The position numbers were made by a program, and so were the translations under genes. From a virus (Duplodnaviria; Heunggongvirae; Uroviricota; Caudoviricetes), in the IMG/VR virus record IMGVR_UViG_2671180846_000017, positions 1 to 4,156 of that record: 4,156 nucleotides of DNA; one strand, 5' to 3'. The notes under the pieces are model-generated. The model was given only the letters and a program-made list of their open reading frames with translations. It was not told where the DNA came from and ran no database searches. Each line of letters begins with the position of its first letter. Position 1 is the first letter of the stretch. This document shows positions 1-4,156 of the stretch, in pieces.

Positions 1-266
1 TGGCGCTTATTGTTCGCCAGCAGCGGCTGAAATTAAGCCTGTCCGGAAGGCTGGCGATAAAGATTATTGCCGAGCCACCGGATAAGCGCCGCCGTGACCT
101 GGACAATATTCTGAAAGCGCCACTGGATGCGCTGACGCATGCGGGAGTGTTAATGGACGATGAGCAGTTTGATGAAATCAATATCGTTCGTGGTCAGCCA
201 GTATCTGGTGGACGTCTGGGGGTGAAGATTTACCCCATAATGCTTGAAGGGCTGGTCAAAAAATGA
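1..266 (+). CDS. rusA: RusA-family Holliday junction resolvase, C-terminal portion (5' end lies outside the window)
   Basis: Reading in the frame starting at nt 3 gives ...IKIIAEPPDKRRRDLDNILKAPLDALTHAGVLMDDEQFDEINIVRGQPVSGGRLGVKIYPIMLEGLVKK, ending at TGA 264-266. This aligns with the C-terminal half of E. coli RusA as recalled from memory ([32 protein letters not shown]...KGGRLELTI), including the acidic DLDN and DD catalytic positions. Its stop overlaps the start of the next gene (ATGA, 263-266), as expected for a rusA-Q pair in lambdoid phages. Confidence 0.85.
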   Translation, partial: ALIVRQQRLKLSLSGRLAIKIIAEPPDKRRRDLDNILKAPLDALTHAGVLMDDEQFDEINIVRGQPVSGGRLGVKIYPIMLEGLVKK

Positions 267-1084
267 AACTGGAAGATTTACCGAAATACTACTCCCCAAA
301 ATCCCCCGGCCTGACTGATGCATCGGCCTCAACGTCGAAAGATACGCTGAGTATCACTGATGTGATGGCCGCGCAGGGCATGACACAGAATTGGGCTGAG
401 ATGGGGTTTTCTGCGTTCCTTGGGAAAATGGGCATTAGTATGAATGACAGAGAGCGGGCAACAGAATTGCTGACAGAATATGCACTCAGTCGGTGTGATC
501 GCGTGGCGGCGTTAAGAAAACTCCCGGCAGAAATAAAACCGGCAGTGATGCGTATTATGGCTTCGTATGCGTTTGAAGATTATGCCCGTAGCGCGGCGAG
601 CAAAAAACAGTGCCCCTGTTGTCACGGAAAAAAATTTATTGAAAGCGAGGTTTTTACAAACAAGATCCAGTATCCGGATGGTAAGCCGCCAGTGTGGGCA
701 AAGTGCACAAAAGGCGTGTATCCGTCTTACTGGGAGGAATGGAAAAAAGTCAGGGAGGTGGTAAAAGTTGCCTGTCCGGAGTGTGGAGGGAAGGGGGAGG
801 TTTCCACCGCCTGTAAAGATTGTCGTGGGCGCGGTGTTGCCATTCATCGTGAAGAGTCGGTAAAACGTGGTATGCCTGTTATCAGAGACTGCCAGCGTTG
901 TGGTGGTCGTGGCTATGAAAGATTACCTTCAACGGAGGCATTTAATGCCATATGTAATGTAACCGATGCCATATCTCTTGATACATGGAAAAAAACAGTT
1001 AAACGTTTTTACGATACGCTGGTGGTGCAGTTTGATATTGAAGAAGCATGGGCAGAACAACAACTGAAAAAGGTGACCAGATAG
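263..1084 (+). CDS. Q: Late-gene antitermination protein Q (lambda Q family) with expanded Cys-rich zinc-binding region
   Basis: A 273-aa ORF that is collinear with lambda Q as recalled from memory: YYSPKSP vs FHSPKSP, TDVMAAQGM vs TDVMAAMGM, FLGK vs FCGK, YAFEDYARSAAS vs FAYADYCRSAAT, CQRCGGRGYERLPSTEAF vs CGRCKGVGYSRMPASAAY, TWKKTVKRFYDTLVVQ vs TWSRTVKPLYDALVVQ, and a C-terminal VTR in both. It sits immediately downstream of rusA and immediately upstream of a lambda-like pR'/qut. It is about 65 aa longer than lambda Q because of an insertion in the zinc-finger region. Confidence 0.85.
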   Translation: MKLEDLPKYYSPKSPGLTDASASTSKDTLSITDVMAAQGMTQNWAEMGFSAFLGKMGISMNDRERATELLTEYALSRCDRVAALRKLPAEIKPAVMRIMASYAFEDYARSAASKKQCPCCHGKKFIESEVFTNKIQYPDGKPPVWAKCTKGVYPSYWEEWKKVREVVKVACPECGGKGEVSTACKDCRGRGVAIHREESVKRGMPVIRDCQRCGGRGYERLPSTEAFNAICNVTDAISLDTWKKTVKRFYDTLVVQFDIEEAWAEQQLKKVTR

Positions 1085-1089
1085 CTTTG

Positions 1090-1129
1090 TTGATTTTTCC
1101 CGAATCTGTGGTAAATTTGCCCTAACGAT
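1090..1129 (+). promoter_or_regulatory. Late promoter pR' with Q-utilisation (qut) / sigma70-dependent promoter-proximal pause element
   Basis: -35-like TTGATT (1090-1095), 16-nt spacer, extended -10 TGgTAAATT (1109-1117). The segment GGTAAATTTG...AACGATGGG (1110-1132) closely matches lambda pR' (GGGTAAATTTGACTCAACGATGGG, from memory). By the same spacing the predicted transcription start is A1124, and the -10-like pause-inducing AACGAT lies at 1124-1129. It is positioned directly after the Q stop codon. Confidence 0.6.
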
Positions 1130-1164
1130 GGGCGTTTTATGCCTGACGTTAGAAGATTTTTTAC

Positions 1165-1188
1165 ACCCGTCGCCAGGCGGGTTTTTTT
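1165..1188 (+). terminator. Intrinsic (rho-independent) terminator, tR'-like, downstream of pR'
   Basis: GC-rich hairpin ACCCG (1165-1169) / CGGGT (1178-1182) with loop TCGCCAGG, followed by a run of seven T (1182-1188). It lies about 60 nt downstream of the predicted pR' start, matching the lambdoid arrangement in which Q-modified RNA polymerase reads through tR'. Confidence 0.6.
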
Positions 1189-1291
1189 ATGACTGAAATC
1201 ACGCCAGTACAGTAAACGCGCTGGTGGTTGTGAATACCGGTCTTTCAGCTTGCTGGCTTTTTCGACAAGAGTTATTGGTGTGTCACGTTAA

Positions 1292-1684
1292 CCGGAAAAA
1301 GGAAAGTTTGAGAAACGCGATCTGGCACAGGCGGTTATTAATGCTGCCTACCTGGTGGCCTGTGCAGATGGTGAATGTGAGGCTTCCTAGAAAGCGAAGA
1401 TCGAACAGGTACTGCGTAATCAGCCTGCGCTGTCCGCGTTTACGTCAGAAATTAATGCGATTAGCGCAACCATTATCGGTCAGCTGGATACGAACTTTAA
1501 AATTGGTCGTCGTGCGGCGTTACGTGAGATCGAGGATGTGAAACACGATACGCGTGAAGCGGAAGATGTGCTGGATGTGGCGGTGGCCATTGCGGAGGCA
1601 GACGGCGAAATTGAGCCGGAAGAGCGCAAGGTGCTGGAAGAGATTGCCGGTGTTCTGGGTCTTCGTCTGGAGAATCACCAGTGA
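1292..1684 (+). pseudogene. TerB-family (tellurite-resistance TerB-like) gene remnant: N-terminally truncated with an in-frame amber codon
   Basis: A single frame translates as PEKGKFEKRDLAQAVINAAYLVACADGECEAS*KAKIEQVLRNQPALSAFTSEINAISATIIGQLDTNFKIGRRAALREIEDVKHDTREAEDVLDVAVAIAEADGEIEPEERKVLEEIAGVLGLRLENHQ*. It carries two ADG-acidic TerB-type motifs and aligns with E. coli TerB from memory (KKFMQGTVAVCARIAVASDGVSSEEKQKMIGFL...AVAKSDGNFDDDEKSAVREIAIALGF). The TAG at 1388-1390 falls where TerB has Glu. The frame is closed by TAA at 1289-1291 with no ATG between that stop and the TAG, and the roughly 25 N-terminal residues expected upstream are absent from this frame. Confidence 0.55.
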
Positions 1685-1797
1685 CGGTAAAACTGCGCCT
1701 GGCTGTGGCTGCACTCCTGCTGTTTCTGGTGGTGATGGTGGATTTCACCAGCAGAATCATGTCGGTGCTGGCGGATGGGGTGCTGGTCTGCGGCATT
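1681..1797 (+). CDS. Small hydrophobic (signal-peptide or transmembrane) protein, N-terminal part only; 3' end lost in the N-gap
   Basis: GTG start at 1681 overlaps the TerB-remnant stop (GTGA, 1681-1684), with GGAG 8 nt upstream (1669-1672). Translation is MTVKLRLAVAALLLFLVVMVDFTSRIMSVLADGVLVCGI..., a basic N-terminus followed by a hydrophobic helix, using E. coli-preferred codons (CTG, GTG, GCG rich). The reading frame runs into the N run at 1798, so its length and C-terminus are unknown. Confidence 0.35.
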
Positions 1798-1847
1798 NNN
1801 NNNNNNNNNNNNNNNNNNNNNNNNNNNNNNNNNNNNNNNNNNNNNNN
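1798..1847. other. Run of 50 N (assembly gap or masked sequence of unknown true length)
   Basis: Directly visible: 50 consecutive N characters. The ORFs that the six-frame track shows crossing it (poly-X) are artefacts. Confidence 1.
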
Positions 1848-2012
1848 CAAAAGTGTTGTTTCTGTTTTTCTCAAACTATCATCGTTATCCCTTTATTTCC
1901 GGCTGCGCATGGCGTGGCCTTTTTTTACGACCAGCCACTGGCAGATGGCCATCCTGTAATTTGATTCCGGTTCCGGCTTTTTAACTCTGTTCCTGTACAC
2001 GGGAGAAATTCG

Positions 2013-3950
2013 ATGTCGATTAAACATTATGATGTTGTCAGGGCGGCGTCGCCGTCAGACCTTGCGGAAAAGCTGACACAAAAACTGAAGGAGGGGTGGC
2101 AGCCATTTGGCAGCCCGGTGGCCATCACGCCTTATACTCTGATGCAGGCCATTGCGGCGGAAGGTGATGTCACCACACCTGTGTTGGTGAAGCCGTCGGA
2201 TGGAGAAGGCACAGTAATCAGCGCCACCAGAGACCCGGAGTATTACTTTGTTGTGGTTCTGGCGGGGCAGTCAAACAGCATGGCATATGGTGAAGGCCTT
2301 CCGCTGCCGGAGACATATGACCGTCCGGACCCGCGCATTAAGCAGCTGGCGCGTCGCAGTACGGTGACACCGGGCGGTGTCGCCTGTAAATATAACGACA
2401 TCATTCCGGCGGACCATTGTCTGCATGATGTGCAGGACATGAGCCGCCTTAACCATCCGAAAGCGGACCTGTCAAAGGGGCAGTACGGAACCGTGGGGCA
2501 AGGGCTGCATATCGCCAAAAAATTGCTGCCGTTTATACCGGCGAATGCGGGCATTCTGCTGGTTCCGTGCTGTCGTGGTGGTTCAGCGTTCACCACCGGA
2601 GCCGATGGCACATACAGTGACGCGAGTGGTGCCTCGGAGAATTCAACCCGCTGGGGTGTGGACAAGCCGCTGTATAAGGACCTTATCGGTCGAACAAAAG
2701 CAGCACTGAAGAAGAATCCGAAAAATGTGCTGTTTGCCGTGGTGTGGATGCAGGGGGAATTTGATTTTGGCGGTACGCCGGCAAATCACGCAGCACAGTT
2801 TGGTGCGCTGGTTGATAAATTCCGTGCAGACCTGGCGGATATGGCAGGTCAGTGCGTCGGTGGCTCTGCTGGCGGTGTTCCCTGGATCTGTGGAGATACG
2901 ACGTATTTCTGGAAGCAGAAGAACGAATCCTCGTACCAGACGGTGTACGGCAGCTACAAAAACAAAACGGAAAAGAATATCCATTTCGTACCGTTCATGA
3001 CCGATGAGAACGGGGTGAATGTGCCGACGAACAAACCGGAAGAAGACCCGGACATTCCGGGTATCGGATATTACGGTTCGAAATGGCGTGACAGCTCAGC
3101 CACCTGGACGTCACAGGACAGGGCGAGCCATTTCAGCGCCTGGGCACGCCGTGGGATTATTTCCGACCGTCTGGCAACGGCGATTTTGCGCCATGCGGGA
3201 AGAGTGGCGCTAAACGCGGGGGCATCATCGACAGTATCAGAGGTGCGCCCGTCATCGCCTTCCGGTGCAGAAGCCACAGGCGTCACAACACTGCTCTCTT
3301 ACCTTGCCAGCGAGTCAGAGGGAAGCCTGAAAGTACAGGGATGGTCAGCCAGTGGCGGCAGGGCAGAAGTGGTCAGCGATGCGGAGGGAACCGGAGGTAA
3401 GGCAGTGAAGCTGACCAAGGAAGCCGGTAAAAGCAGCTGGGTGCTGGAGTACGCCGCGGGCAACGGTGCGGCTCTGTTACAGAAAGGGGGGCAGATTCGC
3501 TGCCGCTTTAAGGTTTCGGGAGCGCTGGCTGCGAACCAGTATGTTATGGCGTTTTACTGGCCGGTCTCTTCACTGCCACAGGGCGTTGCCCTGACCGGAG
3601 ACGGGGGGAATAACCTGCTGGCAGCGTTCTACATCCAGACAGATGCAAAAGACCTGAATGTGATGTACCACAATGCGAAAGTGGCGACAAACAACCTGAA
3701 ACTGGGAACCTTTGGCGCATTTGATAACGAATGGCATACGCTGGCTTTCCGCTTTGCCGGGAATAACAGCCTTCAGGTGACGCCGGTTATTGATGGTCAG
3801 GATGGCACACCGTTCACGCTGACGCAGTCACCGGTCAGTGCATTTGCGGCGGATAAACTGCATGTGACAGACATTACCAGGAATGCGACTTACCCGGTAC
3901 TGATAGACAGCATTGTGGTGGAAGTGAACAGCACAGACACTGCGGCATGA
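2013..3950 (+). CDS. nanS-p: Prophage-encoded sialate O-acetylesterase, NanS-p type (DUF1737 N-terminal domain + SASA/SGNH esterase domain + C-terminal putative carbohydrate-binding domain)
   Basis: A 645-aa ORF with SD GGGAG 7 nt upstream of the ATG. It has the GQSNS motif (aa 85-89; Ser87 codon at 2271-2273) and WMQGEFD (aa 245-251), both characteristic of the sialate O-acetylesterase (SASA / YjhS-NanS) family. The N-terminal approximately 60 aa resemble a DUF1737-type domain. Size and three-part architecture match the NanS-p esterases found between the stx locus and the lysis genes of lambdoid/Stx prophages. It ends with a double stop, TGA TAA (3948-3953). Confidence 0.85.
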   Translation: MSIKHYDVVRAASPSDLAEKLTQKLKEGWQPFGSPVAITPYTLMQAIAAEGDVTTPVLVKPSDGEGTVISATRDPEYYFVVVLAGQSNSMAYGEGLPLPETYDRPDPRIKQLARRSTVTPGGVACKYNDIIPADHCLHDVQDMSRLNHPKADLSKGQYGTVGQGLHIAKKLLPFIPANAGILLVPCCRGGSAFTTGADGTYSDASGASENSTRWGVDKPLYKDLIGRTKAALKKNPKNVLFAVVWMQGEFDFGGTPANHAAQFGALVDKFRADLADMAGQCVGGSAGGVPWICGDTTYFWKQKNESSYQTVYGSYKNKTEKNIHFVPFMTDENGVNVPTNKPEEDPDIPGIGYYGSKWRDSSATWTSQDRASHFSAWARRGIISDRLATAILRHAGRVALNAGASSTVSEVRPSSPSGAEATGVTTLLSYLASESEGSLKVQGWSASGGRAEVVSDAEGTGGKAVKLTKEAGKSSWVLEYAAGNGAALLQKGGQIRCRFKVSGALAANQYVMAFYWPVSSLPQGVALTGDGGNNLLAAFYIQTDAKDLNVMYHNAKVATNNLKLGTFGAFDNEWHTLAFRFAGNNSLQVTPVIDGQDGTPFTLTQSPVSAFAADKLHVTDITRNATYPVLIDSIVVEVNSTDTAA

Positions 3951-3951
3951 T

Positions 3952-3987
3952 AAAAAAACCGCCAGCGACAGGAATGGACGCTGGCGG
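3952..3987 (-). terminator. Perfect 9-bp GC-rich hairpin with a U-tract on the minus strand only; candidate intrinsic terminator for leftward transcription
   Basis: CCGCCAGCG (3959-3967) and CGCTGGCGG (3979-3987) are exact reverse complements around an 11-nt loop. On the + strand the hairpin is preceded by A7 (3952-3958) and followed by TGGTGATACC with no T-tract. On the - strand it is therefore followed by U7, the canonical intrinsic-terminator layout. Confidence 0.4.
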
Positions 3988-4085
3988 TGGTGATACCTAT
4001 GGAGAAAAAATAAAGGAACGATACTTTCGTACTCTGGTTTTTTAATGAAAACAGTTCTTATTGTCAACAATAACGGAAAGAAATT

Positions 4086-4156
4086 ATGACATTTCTGAAC
4101 CAGTTAATGCTGTACTTCTGTACGGTGGTCTGTGTGCTGTATCTCCTTTCGGGTGG
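4086..4156 (+). CDS. Small membrane protein, N-terminal part only (window ends); probable lysis holin by position
   Basis: ATG at 4086 with a weak SD (GGAA, 4075-4078). Translation MTFLNQLMLYFCTVVCVLYLLSG... is strongly hydrophobic. It sits immediately downstream of nanS-p, where lambdoid phages place the holin gene S. The holin assignment is positional; I do not recognise the sequence itself. Confidence 0.45.
   Translation, partial: MTFLNQLMLYFCTVVCVLYLLSG

Noticed and set aside
150-847. Minus-strand ORFs 150-332 and 512-847, and + strand alternative-frame ORF 567-764
   Set aside because: They overlap the well-supported rusA and Q coding frames and show no homology signal or ribosome-binding sites.
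1189-1215. 8-codon ORF (MTEITPVQ*) starting right after the tR' T-tract
   Set aside because: It is too short, has no SD, and the ATG is part of the terminator-flanking sequence. Probably fortuitous.
1085-1290. Possible tRNA genes downstream of Q, as in Stx phages (ileZ-argN-argO)
   Set aside because: I found no tRNA-like acceptor or T-arm pattern in this interval. The only GGTTCGAA-like string in the window (about 3068-3076) lies inside the nanS-p coding frame. A gene hidden in the N gap cannot be excluded.
1224-1541. 105-aa + strand ORF (MVVNTGLSACWLFRQ...) in the six-frame track
   Set aside because: It is Arg-rich and low-complexity, and it is out of frame with the TerB-like reading frame that carries recognisable family motifs over the same DNA. 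It is most likely an alternative-frame artefact.
1905-1945. T7 run (1921-1927) with nearby GTGGC/GCCAC complementarity as a possible terminator upstream of nanS-p
   Set aside because: The T-run lies inside the loop, not after the stem (5 bp with a 15-nt loop), so this is not a canonical intrinsic terminator.
1497-1964. ORFs spanning the N run (1497-1874 minus strand; 1554-1964 and 1775-1984 plus strand) with poly-X translations
   Set aside because: They exist only because N is translated as X. The true gap length and frame are unknown, and the portions outside the gap overlap better-supported frames or look non-coding.
1684-2012. Shiga-toxin genes stxA/stxB in the slot upstream of nanS-p
   Set aside because: The visible sequence has no ORFs of the right size or character, and the slot outside the gap is too short for stxAB. 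Only the N gap leaves this formally open.
2243-3286. Several antisense and alternative-frame ORFs inside nanS-p (2243-2665 -, 2271-2456 -, 2643-2984 -, 2725-3000 +, 3019-3213 +, 3071-3286 -)
   Set aside because: They are fully embedded in a 645-aa CDS with strong family motifs, have Arg/Cys-rich atypical composition and no independent start signals. These are the usual shadow ORFs of a GC-rich coding region.
4021-4043. T6 run at 4038-4043 as a possible terminator before the holin
   Set aside because: I could not find a stable upstream hairpin; the preceding sequence is not self-complementary.

Overview
This window reads as the late-regulatory region of a lambdoid (lambda-like) prophage of an enterobacterium, probably Escherichia or Shigella, with everything on the + strand. 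In order: the 3' end of a RusA-family Holliday-junction resolvase (1-266); a lambda-Q-family antiterminator (263-1084) with an unusually expanded Cys-rich zinc-binding region; a lambda-like late promoter pR' with its promoter-proximal pause/qut element (about 1090-1129) and an intrinsic terminator about 60 nt downstream (1165-1188); a cargo ('moron') slot holding a degraded TerB-family gene (1292-1684, in-frame TAG at 1388-1390, N-terminus missing), a small hydrophobic ORF that runs into a 50-N gap (1798-1847), and about 165 bp of unassigned sequence; a 645-aa NanS-p-type prophage sialate O-acetylesterase (2013-3950); and the start of a small membrane protein in the position of the lysis holin (4086 onward). 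No rRNA, tRNA, CRISPR array, IS element or stx gene is visible. The most interesting part is the cargo slot between pR'/tR' and nanS-p, the position occupied by stx in Shiga-toxin phages: here it holds a decaying TerB-like gene, a possibly intact small membrane-protein ORF and unresolved sequence. I do not see an intact novel multi-gene system; what I can support is a degraded two-gene module plus a gap that could hide more. All protein-family calls rest on translating the sequence and comparing it with family sequences recalled from memory; no database search was run.
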